Assembly: GCA_044229145.1 (NCBI GenBank)
Contig: JBGATO010000006.1
Span: 23,872 to 87,871, forward strand
Reading direction: 5' to 3'
DNA from: Candidatus Eiseniibacteriota bacterium
Lineage (GTDB): Bacteria; Eisenbacteria; RBG-16-71-46; CAZEPH01
Length of the DNA: 64,000 bases
This document shows positions 8,234-17,322 of the stretch, piece by piece; the first letter of the stretch is position 1; each line of letters opens with the position of its first letter. Both the position numbers and the translations under genes were made by a program. A model generated the notes under the pieces. The model ran no database searches and had not been told where the DNA came from. It worked only from the letters and a program-made list of their open reading frames with translations.

Positions 8234-10285
8234 TCGTCTCCGCGCAACACGAAGGCGGCACGGGCTCCGCGCCCGTGCCGCCTTGTGCGTCTGTCGTCGC
8301 GGTCGAGAGTGGGGCTGCGCGCCGCCAATCCGATTGTCGGTCGCCAACAGCGCCTTGATGAGCGACTCGCCCGCCACGAGACCCGAGGCGATCGGCACGT
8401 TGTAGAGGTCTTGGTTCTTCGCGTTGAACCGCGACCACACCCACGAAAACGTCGCACCGACGGTGAAGGCGAGCGCATTGCTGAAGAACACGACCCACCC
8501 GAGACCGATGCCCATCGCCGACGGCATGTACGGCCGCGCTTTGGGGAATTGCTTCTCGAGCACCGGAAGCGCAACGCCGATCAGTGCGCCAATCAGAATG
8601 ATGTAGCGCGCCGACATCGGCAGGCTCTCGAGCCCGTTCGACAGCACGCGCGCTACCGCCACCCACGTGTTGGTGGCCGGCAGCGGGAACTTCTCGAGCG
8701 CCGCGTCGTTCGGGATCATCAGATACCACGCCGGCACGATGGCGAGCGTCCCGAAGAACACGCCGGTGAACTGCGCGAGGAACTGCTGGCGCGGGTTGGC
8801 GCCGAGCAAGTAGCCGGACTTGAGATCGGTGAGCAGGTCAGCACTCGCCGACGCACTGTTCGCGCCGATACCGGCCGACGCCAAGTTGTGCGTGACGTTG
8901 CCCGGGCTGAGGAACGCGAACAACAGCTGCATGACCTTGCCCATCGCGCCGATCGGCGTGGTGTCGGTCTCTCCGGTGGACCGCGAGCCCACCAACGACA
9001 ACACGAACGACATGCCGATGGCGATGAGGCCGGCCCACCACGCGATCTTGAACGCCACTACCTGGATGAACAACATGGCGATGGTGATCGGCACCATGCC
9101 GACGATCATCCACTTGACCGGCACTTCGATGGCCGCCATGCGCGCGTCGAGATCGCCGCCGGCCGCCGCGCCCGGACCGCGCTTCAACATCGTGAACGAG
9201 CGCGCGACCGTCTTCCACTGCAACGCGAGCGACGTGAGGCTCGAGAACACCATCACCGCCGTGCCGCCCCACAGGCCCCAGCGCACCGCGTGATACGCGG
9301 CGCCGCCGCCGACCATCGGAATCGACGGCACGTAGCCCGCGACGTTGGCGCTCGCCAAATCGATACTGGCGAGCCACGGCGCCACCACGAAGTGCAACAG
9401 CGCCGACGCCACCAGCATCGACAGCGACACCCGCAATCCGACGATCATGCCGGCGCCGATCAGCAGCACGCTCGGCTCGAATCCGAGCGCGACGAACGGC
9501 TTGCCGTTGAACTGCTTGAAGCCCTCCGCCGGCACCAAATCCGGCAGGTGCACGTTGAACGCCTTCGCGCGCATCCAGGCGAAGAACTTGCCGAGCGCGA
9601 CGAACTGGTCCTCGGTGGTGTTGAGCACGCCGACGATCGCGCCGGCCGCCAGCGCGATCAGCAGCGAGTACGCCTTCTTGAGCGCATCGCCCGAGTGGCT
9701 GTAGAGACTGCGCAGCGTGGTGGCCGCCGCGATACCCGACGGGAACGGCAGATTCTCCTGGTTGATCAACTGGCGCTTCATCGGAATCGCCAGGAAGCAC
9801 CCCATCGCGGCGGTCGCCAGCGTGAAGGAGCCGACGATGTACCAGGGTTGGTGCTGGTGATTCGGATCGAGGATCAGCATGGCGCCGAAGCACGTCGCGA
9901 TCGTCGCGCCGGTCGACGCGCCCGCCGCCGACGCCGTCGACTGCATGCAGTTGTTCTCGAGGATCGTCATCCGCGACACCCGGCCGCCGGACAACGTGAC
10001 GAACGCGTTCCACACCACGTACGAGATCACGCACGACGTGATCGCCACCCCGAACGACCAGCCCACCTTCAGCGTCGTGTACAGGTTCGACACCGACATC
10101 AGCATGCCGAGGATCGCGCCCATGATGATCGACCGCGGCGTGAGCTGTTTCATGCGGTCGCCCATGTACACGGTTTCGAACCAATGCCGGTCCTTCTCCT
10201 CGGGCGAGGCATCGGGCGGCAAGGGCGTGAACTCCGGCGGGAGTTCGTCGGTGGTCGCGAGGTGCGGCAACGGAGCGGTCGACAC
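7976..10285 (-). CDS. OPT-family oligopeptide transporter; 3' end abnormal (OPT-like sequence ends near 8340, frame runs on to 7976)
   Basis: GTG 10285 with GGAGG; LTPRSII, NLYTTLKVG, LENNCMQS, PFPSG, GETDTTP, DLKSGYLLGANPR, ASGLVAGES. Confidence 0.85.
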   Translation of the reverse strand: MSTAPLPHLATTDELPPEFTPLPPDASPEEKDRHWFETVYMGDRMKQLTPRSIIMGAILGMLMSVSNLYTTLKVGWSFGVAITSCVISYVVWNAFVTLSGGRVSRMTILENNCMQSTASAAGASTGATIATCFGAMLILDPNHQHQPWYIVGSFTLATAAMGCFLAIPMKRQLINQENLPFPSGIAAATTLRSLYSHSGDALKKAYSLLIALAAGAIVGVLNTTEDQFVALGKFFAWMRAKAFNVHLPDLVPAEGFKQFNGKPFVALGFEPSVLLIGAGMIVGLRVSLSMLVASALLHFVVAPWLASIDLASANVAGYVPSIPMVGGGAAYHAVRWGLWGGTAVMVFSSLTSLALQWKTVARSFTMLKRGPGAAAGGDLDARMAAIEVPVKWMIVGMVPITIAMLFIQVVAFKIAWWAGLIAIGMSFVLSLVGSRSTGETDTTPIGAMGKVMQLLFAFLSPGNVTHNLASAGIGANSASASADLLTDLKSGYLLGANPRQQFLAQFTGVFFGTLAIVPAWYLMIPNDAALEKFPLPATNTWVAVARVLSNGLESLPMSARYIILIGALIGVALPVLEKQFPKARPYMPSAMGIGLGWVVFFSNALAFTVGATFSWVWSRFNAKNQDLYNVPIASGLVAGESLIKALLATDNRIGGAQPHSRPRRQTHKAARARSPCRLRVARRRSAAAAHEARRGTLSTVAQAAIVDARRHGAAARVEAVPHQRVIARLIGAARHRPHHAAGRIADLQRQRTARDGAVGELHAAARRIR
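8252..8284. terminator. Hairpin terminator between convergent cytochrome and OPT genes
   Basis: Perfect 14-bp stem AAGGCGGCACGGGC-TCCGC-GCCCGTGCCGCCTT. Confidence 0.7.
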
Positions 10286-10491
10286 GTGGAGGTCCTCCAG
10301 GTCGGTAGGCGGTAGCGGGGTACGGCGCGGGGGAGCGCCACAGAACGAACGCTCCAGAGGGTAGGGAGCGGACCGAGAGGGCGACAATACCACGCAAGAG
10401 GACGCCTGGCACCGTGGCCCGCATGCGACAGGGCGGCGGCGCCGCGGCACGAGGCCGGGCACCACCGCCCTGGTCGGTGTGCTGCGGAGAA

Positions 10492-11022
10492 CTACTTCCC
10501 GGCGAACCGCACGCCCGCGGTGACCGGCACCACGGCGGTGCCATCGCGGTCGAAGAAGCCCGACTCGATGAACACGGACATCTTCTCGCCCGCCTTGAAG
10601 CCGATCCCGGCGCCACCGCCGAACGCCGGCTTCCACTCGTCCTCGCTCATGTACTCCGTGGTGCCCGGCGAGTAGTGGTGGTTGAGCACGCCGAACGTCC
10701 CCATGATGTAGGGCTTGGCCTTGCCTTCCGTCTTGATCGGGTACACCAGGCGGCCGAGGACGCCGTACAGATTGGTGGCGTCGCCCATGGTGCCTTCGTG
10801 CGAGTTCTTGCCGTAGACGGCGTCGATCCGCACTGCCACCGGCCACGACTCACCCTTGATACCGACGCCAGCGAGGCCCTGCCATCCTGTCTTCGCGTAG
10901 TCGGCGTAGTCGCCCATCGGCAGCGCGAGGCCGCCGCCAACGTGGAAGTTCATCGCCGTCGAACCGGCGAATGCCGCGGTCGCCACGAGCAGGGCGGCAG
11001 CGGTGAGCATCAATGCACGCAT
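10492..11022 (-). CDS. Outer-membrane beta-barrel protein (OmpA-like transmembrane domain)
   Basis: Signal peptide, alternating aromatic/Gly strands, KPYI, C-terminal GVRF. Confidence 0.8.
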   Translation of the reverse strand: MRALMLTAAALLVATAAFAGSTAMNFHVGGGLALPMGDYADYAKTGWQGLAGVGIKGESWPVAVRIDAVYGKNSHEGTMGDATNLYGVLGRLVYPIKTEGKAKPYIMGTFGVLNHHYSPGTTEYMSEDEWKPAFGGGAGIGFKAGEKMSVFIESGFFDRDGTAVVPVTAGVRFAGK

Positions 11023-11115
11023 TCAGACCTCCGAGGGTAGAGCGTCACGGGATGTACGGGAGCAGGACGTGGACCCACGCCGCCAGAATAGACAAACCTC
11101 GGCCTTTGGGAAGCC

Positions 11116-12423
11116 CTAATTCGCGTCGGCCGCGGCCCGGATGGCGTCCCACGCGCGGCGGACATCGTCCTCGCCGGTACGCCCGTTGCCGATGGCGAGC
11201 CGGATCACCGTGCGGCCGCCGAGCCGCGTGTGCCCGATGAAGGCCTCCCCGCCGGCGTTGACGCGATCGCAGATGGCCTCGTTGTGCGCATCGTCACCGG
11301 CATGGCGGAAGCACACCAGCGAGAACGTGCGCGGCGCGCAGATGTCCCAGCCAGGTGTGTCGCGGACCCAGGACTCGAACAGCGCGGCGAGCCGCACGTG
11401 CTCGCGGATCAGCGCCTGCAGCCCGTCGCGGCCGAACACGCGCAACACCGCCCACAGCTTCAGCGCGCGGAAGCGGCGGCCGAACGCCGGGCCGTAGTCG
11501 GAGAGCGCGTCGGTGACCTCCGGCGTCTTGAGGTAATCGGCGCTGAGGCTGAACGCCGCCTTGAACGCGTCGGGCCGCGCGGTCCATAGGCACGAGCAAT
11601 CCATCGGCACCTGCAGCCACTTGTGCGGATTGACGACCAGCGAATCGGCGCGCGCGACGCCGGCCGCGGTGTGGCGCATCTCAGGACACACCCACGACGC
11701 GCCGGCGTACGCTGCATCGACGTGCAGCCAGGCCCCGGCCGCGGCGGCGCGATCCGCGAGTTCCGGCACTGGGTCGATGGCGGTGGACGACGTCGTCCCA
11801 ACGGTGGCGACCACGGCGGCCGCATCGTCGAGCCGCGCGAGATCGGCGCGCATCGCGAAGGTGGCGGGATCGGCCGGCACCTTGCGCGTCTCCATGCCGA
11901 GGATGCGCGCCGCGCGTTCGACCGAGGTGTGCGCGTGTTCGCTGCACACCACGATGCGGCGGCCGGTGGCCTCGCGCGCGGCGCACAAGGCGGCGAGCGT
12001 GCCGGTGGACGCGGTATCCTCGATGTGGCCGTGCCAGCCGCGCGGGAGATCGAGCAACTGCGCGAGCCAATCGACCACGTGCAGTTCGAGTTCGGTGGAG
12101 GCCGGCGCGGCGCGCCACAAGAAGCCGACGGAGTTGAGCGTCGCCGCGAGCAGTTCCGCCAGGATGCCAGGCTCCGACGCGCGATTGGCGAAGTACGCGA
12201 AGAAGCGCGGGTGCTGCCAATGCGTGATGCCGGGCATCAGGATCGCGTCGAGGTCGTGCAACACGGCGGCGAAGCTCTCGCCGTGGTCCGGCGGTGCTGG
12301 CGGCAGCGCGCGGCGGATATCGCCCGGTTGCGTGCGGGCGAGCACCGGGCGGTCGCCGACGGTGTCGAGATACTGCGCCGCCCAGTCGACGGCGGCGTGC
12401 GCATCGTCGCGGAAACTCGGCAC
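11116..12423 (-). CDS. PLP-dependent aromatic L-amino-acid decarboxylase-like protein (group II)
   Basis: GITHWQHPRFFAYF, PASTELE, GTTSS, HVDAAY, NPHKW, GRRFRALKLW. Confidence 0.9.
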   Translation of the reverse strand: MPSFRDDAHAAVDWAAQYLDTVGDRPVLARTQPGDIRRALPPAPPDHGESFAAVLHDLDAILMPGITHWQHPRFFAYFANRASEPGILAELLAATLNSVGFLWRAAPASTELELHVVDWLAQLLDLPRGWHGHIEDTASTGTLAALCAAREATGRRIVVCSEHAHTSVERAARILGMETRKVPADPATFAMRADLARLDDAAAVVATVGTTSSTAIDPVPELADRAAAAGAWLHVDAAYAGASWVCPEMRHTAAGVARADSLVVNPHKWLQVPMDCSCLWTARPDAFKAAFSLSADYLKTPEVTDALSDYGPAFGRRFRALKLWAVLRVFGRDGLQALIREHVRLAALFESWVRDTPGWDICAPRTFSLVCFRHAGDDAHNEAICDRVNAGGEAFIGHTRLGGRTVIRLAIGNGRTGEDDVRRAWDAIRAAADAN

Positions 12424-12432
12424 GTGAACCTC

Positions 12433-13674
12433 CTACAAGCGGCGCAGGGCGACGACGGTGACGTCGTCGCGCATCGGCGCGCCGTCGCCGAAGCTGTCCA
12501 CCGCGCTCAGCACCTCCCCGACGATCGAGGCCGCTGCCGCCCCATCGAGGGCGTGCAGCAACGCGCGCAATCGCCGAAGCCCGAACTCTTCGCCGGCCGG
12601 CGACTGCCGTTCGACCACGCCATCGGTGTAGAGCAGGAGGATGTCACCGCTCGCCATCGCGACGTCGGCCGCCTCGAAGCGCGCCTGCGGCAGCGGACCG
12701 AGGAGCGTGCCGCCGCGATCGAGTTCGATGAATTGATCGCGCCGGCCGAGCAAGGGCGGATTGTGGCCCGCATTGCAGTACGTCAGCGTGCCGTCGCAGC
12801 GCACCTCGGCGTAGAACAGCGAGACGAACTTGGCGGCGAGCGCGGCGCGCGCCAGCACCTTGTTGAGCCGTTCGATCATCACCGGGATCGGCCGGTCGTC
12901 CCACACACCCATACGCAGTCCGGTGAGGGCATCGCGCGCCAAGAGCGCCGCCGGCAAGCCGTGGCCGGACGAATCGAGGATGGCCACGCCCAAGCGATCG
13001 GCGCGCAGCGGGAAGTAGTCGAAGAGATCGCCGCCGACCAGATCGGCGGGCAATGAGCGGCCAGCGAGTTCGAAGCCGTCGAAATCCGGCAGCGTGCGCG
13101 GCAGCAGACTCTCTTGGATCGTCCGCGCTTCGACGATGATGTCGAGCAGGTCCTGCTGCTGCAGCTTGACGTTGATGACGTGGCGTAGCGCGGTGAGCGT
13201 CGAGAGCAGGTCGTCGTGACGGGGCTCGCCAGTGATCGAGAAGGCGATGATGTGGGTGTTCTCGGGTCCGACCGCGATTGCCGCGAAGGTCGACGAGACG
13301 CCGATGCGTTCCTCGAATTCGACGTCGAATCCTTGCTCGCCGCGCGACATGATGAGCAGGCCGTGCGCCAGCAGTTCGCGGTGCGGCGGATAATCGGGCG
13401 GCACCTTCATGCCACGCGGCGCGTGCTTCGAGCGGCCGAAGCCGGCGACCAGCACGTAATCCTCGCCGATGCGTTCGTAGATGCGGCCGCCGACGAATCC
13501 GAGTTCGTGCGCAAAGCGTTGCAACAAGCCTTCGAGGATCGTCTCGAGCATCTCCGGGACGTTCTCGATGCGCTCGATCTGCGCCAGCGCCGCCTCGAGC
13601 TTGCGATACAGCGTGCGGAATTCGGCGCCGCGCCGCGCGGAGGCGTGATCGGTGAAGGTGACGTCGTCCGTCAT
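12433..13674 (-). CDS. GAF + PP2C/SpoIIE (RsbU-like) phosphatase
   Basis: VGGDLFD, DSSGHG, NAGH, YTDG, DDVT. Confidence 0.88.
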   Translation of the reverse strand: MTDDVTFTDHASARRGAEFRTLYRKLEAALAQIERIENVPEMLETILEGLLQRFAHELGFVGGRIYERIGEDYVLVAGFGRSKHAPRGMKVPPDYPPHRELLAHGLLIMSRGEQGFDVEFEERIGVSSTFAAIAVGPENTHIIAFSITGEPRHDDLLSTLTALRHVINVKLQQQDLLDIIVEARTIQESLLPRTLPDFDGFELAGRSLPADLVGGDLFDYFPLRADRLGVAILDSSGHGLPAALLARDALTGLRMGVWDDRPIPVMIERLNKVLARAALAAKFVSLFYAEVRCDGTLTYCNAGHNPPLLGRRDQFIELDRGGTLLGPLPQARFEAADVAMASGDILLLYTDGVVERQSPAGEEFGLRRLRALLHALDGAAAASIVGEVLSAVDSFGDGAPMRDDVTVVALRRL

Positions 13675-13845
13675 CGAAACGAAGGATCCTCGCAGCGTAG
13701 GGTGCAGCGTGTCGCGGGGGCGCGCTGCTCAGCCGCCGCGTCCCACGCTCTCGCACGCGGACGCTACCGGAGCCACGCAGCGGACGCAACCTGGCCCCGG
13801 AGTCCACCGTATCGCCGGGCGGCGCGCCGGGCGTATCATGGCCGC

Positions 13846-14694
13846 ATGCGGCCGTCGTCCCTGCGCGTGCGCCCGGCGCACACTCTCCCCCCTTCGCGGT
13901 TGGTCACGCTGTTCAACGATGCCTACAGCGACTACAGCGTCCCGATGCACCTGAGCGAGACGTTGCTCACGCGCATGGTCGATTTGTTTTCGCTCGATCT
14001 CGCCGTCTCGCGCGTCGGCTGGGCGGGACGCACGCTCGCGGCATTGACATTGGTTGGACGGCGCGACGACCGCGCGTGGCTGGCCGGCGTCGGCGTCGCG
14101 GTGGCGATGCGGCATCGCGGCTACGGCGATGCCATCACACGCGCCGCCTGCGACGCGGCGCGCGACGACGGCGCCCGCGATATCTGGCTCGAAGTCCTCG
14201 ACACCAACTTTTCGGCGCGCCGCATCTACGAGGCGATCGGCTTCGAGACCACACATCGATTGGGCGTGTGGACGTGCGCGCCGACGCACGGCGCACCGCC
14301 GGCGCGGCCGGACGGCTTCGCCGAGGTTGCGCCCACCGACGCCCTCGGGTGGCTGGCACCGCGCCGCACGCCGGGCGCGTCGTGGCAGCGCTCCACCGAA
14401 ACGTTCGCGCGCGGGTTGCCGTACTATCGCGCGCTCGCCGCCGGCGATCCGCGCGATCCGCGCGCCGTCGTGCTCTACAGCGCGGCGCCCGAGTTCGTCG
14501 ATGTCATGGAAGTGGTGGCGCGCGACGACGCCTGGGATGACGCGCTCGAGTTGCTGCGCGCCCTGCGCACGCGACACCCCGACTGCGTCGTGCGCATGGT
14601 CAACTACCCGGAGACCTCCCTCGCGGTGCCGTTGTTCGAAGCGCTCGGCGCCATCGTGATTTGGTGGCAGCAGGAGATGGTGCTGCGCGGTTAG
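13846..14694 (+). CDS. GNAT-family N-acetyltransferase
   Basis: VGV...RHRGYG, LEV...N..ARRIYEAIGF; start ATG 13846, 6 nt after TATCAT. Confidence 0.82.
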   Translation: MRPSSLRVRPAHTLPPSRLVTLFNDAYSDYSVPMHLSETLLTRMVDLFSLDLAVSRVGWAGRTLAALTLVGRRDDRAWLAGVGVAVAMRHRGYGDAITRAACDAARDDGARDIWLEVLDTNFSARRIYEAIGFETTHRLGVWTCAPTHGAPPARPDGFAEVAPTDALGWLAPRRTPGASWQRSTETFARGLPYYRALAAGDPRDPRAVVLYSAAPEFVDVMEVVARDDAWDDALELLRALRTRHPDCVVRMVNYPETSLAVPLFEALGAIVIWWQQEMVLRG

Positions 14695-17078
14695 CGCACC
14701 CACGCGATGCGCGCCCGCGCGCCGTCGGCGACGATCCAATACACCCCAGGCGCCGGCGGCGCATTCCACTGGCCGGCGCGCGCCGGCCGCCACATCCGCA
14801 CGCAGCGTCCGCGCACGTCGAGCGCACGCACGGCGCGTGGCGCGCCCTCGACACTCCACTCGATGCCGGCGCGCGTGGCCCACGCCCGGAGCGTCTGCGG
14901 CGGCGTCCGCGCGGGTGGCGGCGCCGCGGTGAGACCCGCGCCGGTGTTGGGCAACACGGTGAACGTATTGCTGTCGAAGTTGGTCACCAGCAGGTCCTGC
15001 TTGCCGTCGCCGGTGAGATCCCCGATGGCCACACCTTGCGGATACGACCCGACGCCGAAATCGGCGCGCGCCGCGAACGTGCCGTCGCCCTTGCCGGCGA
15101 ACACCGACACCGTGTTGCTGCCGCCGTTGACGACGGCGAGGTCGAGCAGCGTGTCGGCGTTGAGCTGCGCGAAGCGCACCGCCCACGGATAGCGCCCGGT
15201 GGCCATGTCGAGCCGGCCGCCCAGCGACCCGCCGCCGGTGCCGAGGAAGAGCGACACCGTGTGCGATGTCGTGTTGGCGACCGCGAGATCGACGCGGCCG
15301 TCGTGATTGCAGTCGGCCGCGGCGACTCCGCTCGGCAGCGCGCCGGTGCCGTACGCCACCGGCGCCGCGAAGGTGCCGCCGCCGAGCCCGAACAACAGGC
15401 CGACGGTATTGTTGTTGGCCGTCACCGCGAGGTCGCGCCGGCCGTCACCGTCGAAATCGGCGAGCGCCGCGAACTGCGGGAACGGCCCGCACGCCGATGA
15501 CAGCGCCGCGCCGAACGCGCCGCCGCCGAGACCGGGCAGCACGCTCACGCTCGCGGCGTCGAAGTTCACCGTGAGCAGATCGGCCGTGTCGTCGCCGGTG
15601 ACGTCGCCGAGCAACACGGCGCCCGGTCCGCTCGCCGCGCCAGTGCTGTACAACACGCGCGGCGCGAATCCGCCGCCGGCGTTCGCGAGCAACACCGCGG
15701 CCTGGTCGCTCGACGCGCACGCCACCGCGAGGTCGGCGCGGCCGTCGCCGCTGAGATCGGCGGCCGCGATGTCATCGGCTTCCACCGCAACGCGATAGTC
15801 GGTCTTGCCGGTGAAGCCGCCGGTGCCGGTGCCGGTGTAGACGGAGACCGAGTCGGTGCCCGCGTTGGCGATCGCGACGTCGAGTGCGGCGTCTCCGCCG
15901 AACTGCGCGAGCACCGCGGCGTTCGGGCTGGTGCCGGTCCACACCGAGGTCGCGCCGCCGAAGCCGCCGCTGCCGGTGCCGGGCAGCACGGCACAGGCGT
16001 TGCCGGCGTTGGCGGCGGTCGCGGCGTCGAGTGTGCCATCGCCGGTGAGGTCCGCGAGCACCACGCCGCGCGGGGTCGCGCCACCCGGCGCGTCGGCGTG
16101 CGCGGCGAAGGTGCCGTTGCCGTTGCCGAGCGCCACCGATGCGGTGCTCGCCAACGCGTTCGCGGTCACCAGGTCGAGCTTGCCGTCGCCGTTGAGATCG
16201 CCGAGCGCGACCGCCACCGGCCCGCGATCCACCGTCACGTCGTTGCGCAATCCGAACGATCCGGCGCCGTTGCCGAACAGCACGTTGACCGCGGCGGCGT
16301 TTGCGCAGGCCGCCGCGATGTCCTGTTTGCCGTCGCCGTTGACGTCGGCCACGGTGAGCGCCTGCGGGCCGTTGGCGGTCGCGAAGTCGGTCTTGGCGCC
16401 GAAGCTCCCGGCGCCGGCGCCGAGCAGCACCGACACCGCGTTGGCGCCGCCGTCGGCCACCAGCAGATCGAGCTTGCCGTCGCCCGACACGTCGCGCGCG
16501 ACCACCGCGAGCGGCGAGGCGCCGGTGGCGAAGTCGGTGCGCGCCCCGAACGCGCCGCCGCCCGTGCCAAGAAACACCGACACGGAGGCGGCGCCACTGT
16601 TGGCGCTGACGATGTCGAGCACGCCGTCGGCGTTGAGGTCCGCCACCGCGAGGCCGGCCGGCGACGCCGGTGTCGCCAGCGTCACCGGCGACGCGAACGT
16701 GCCGTCTCCGGCGCCGGCGCAGATCGACAGCGTGCCGGAGCCGGTGTTGGCCACCACGAGGTCGAGCACGTGATCGCCGGTGACGTCGGCCAGCGCCACC
16801 GCGCGCGGCGTGCCGCCGGCCGCCGCGTCGTGCTTCGCCGCGAACAGTCCGCCGCCCAGGCCGCGCAGAACCGACACGGTGCCGGACCCGTCGTTGCCGA
16901 CGGCGAGGTCGAGGAGGCCGTCGCCGTTGACGTCGCCGCTGGCGATGCAGCGCGGCAGCGAACCGCAGTCGTAGGACAGGAAGGTCGCGCCGAACGACAC
17001 CGCCGGCACGGCGGCGCACGCACGCGGCGCGCCGAGAGCGGCCACGACGCAAAGAAGGGTGAAAGAGCGGTGGGTCAC
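14691..17078 (-). CDS. Secreted FG-GAP/VCBS repeat protein (14 repeats) with degenerate C-terminal secretion domain
   Basis: 14 D-x-(N/T/S)-G-D-G-x-x-D-L-like units; signal peptide from GTG 17078; tail LDVRGRCVR...PGVYW. Confidence 0.85.
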   Translation of the reverse strand: MTHRSFTLLCVVAALGAPRACAAVPAVSFGATFLSYDCGSLPRCIASGDVNGDGLLDLAVGNDGSGTVSVLRGLGGGLFAAKHDAAAGGTPRAVALADVTGDHVLDLVVANTGSGTLSICAGAGDGTFASPVTLATPASPAGLAVADLNADGVLDIVSANSGAASVSVFLGTGGGAFGARTDFATGASPLAVVARDVSGDGKLDLLVADGGANAVSVLLGAGAGSFGAKTDFATANGPQALTVADVNGDGKQDIAAACANAAAVNVLFGNGAGSFGLRNDVTVDRGPVAVALGDLNGDGKLDLVTANALASTASVALGNGNGTFAAHADAPGGATPRGVVLADLTGDGTLDAATAANAGNACAVLPGTGSGGFGGATSVWTGTSPNAAVLAQFGGDAALDVAIANAGTDSVSVYTGTGTGGFTGKTDYRVAVEADDIAAADLSGDGRADLAVACASSDQAAVLLANAGGGFAPRVLYSTGAASGPGAVLLGDVTGDDTADLLTVNFDAASVSVLPGLGGGAFGAALSSACGPFPQFAALADFDGDGRRDLAVTANNNTVGLLFGLGGGTFAAPVAYGTGALPSGVAAADCNHDGRVDLAVANTTSHTVSLFLGTGGGSLGGRLDMATGRYPWAVRFAQLNADTLLDLAVVNGGSNTVSVFAGKGDGTFAARADFGVGSYPQGVAIGDLTGDGKQDLLVTNFDSNTFTVLPNTGAGLTAAPPPARTPPQTLRAWATRAGIEWSVEGAPRAVRALDVRGRCVRMWRPARAGQWNAPPAPGVYWIVADGARARIAWVR

Positions 17079-17322
17079 GCGGGGGCTCCCAGACGAGGCA
17101 GGTCGAAGGTCGGCGTATTCTACGGAATATCGGCGCGACTCGGAGCGCTCGCCACCCGCACCGCGCCGGCGTCCCGCCGATTTCACCACGCACCGGCACG
17201 CGCGTCCGCCCGGCGGCGACCGCCTTTCCGCTTGACTCTGCTGGACGGGCGACCAAAGTAGACGCTGACAGCTCGGCCGTGCGTCCGCCGGCCGCGTACC
17301 CTCCAGGGATGAGGAGCCCCCC

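Noticed and set aside
6701..11022. Porin-cytochrome conduit formed by the cytochrome and the beta-barrel gene
   Set aside because: The barrel is only 176 aa (about 8 strands), on the opposite strand and separated by the OPT gene; too small for an MtrB-like sheath
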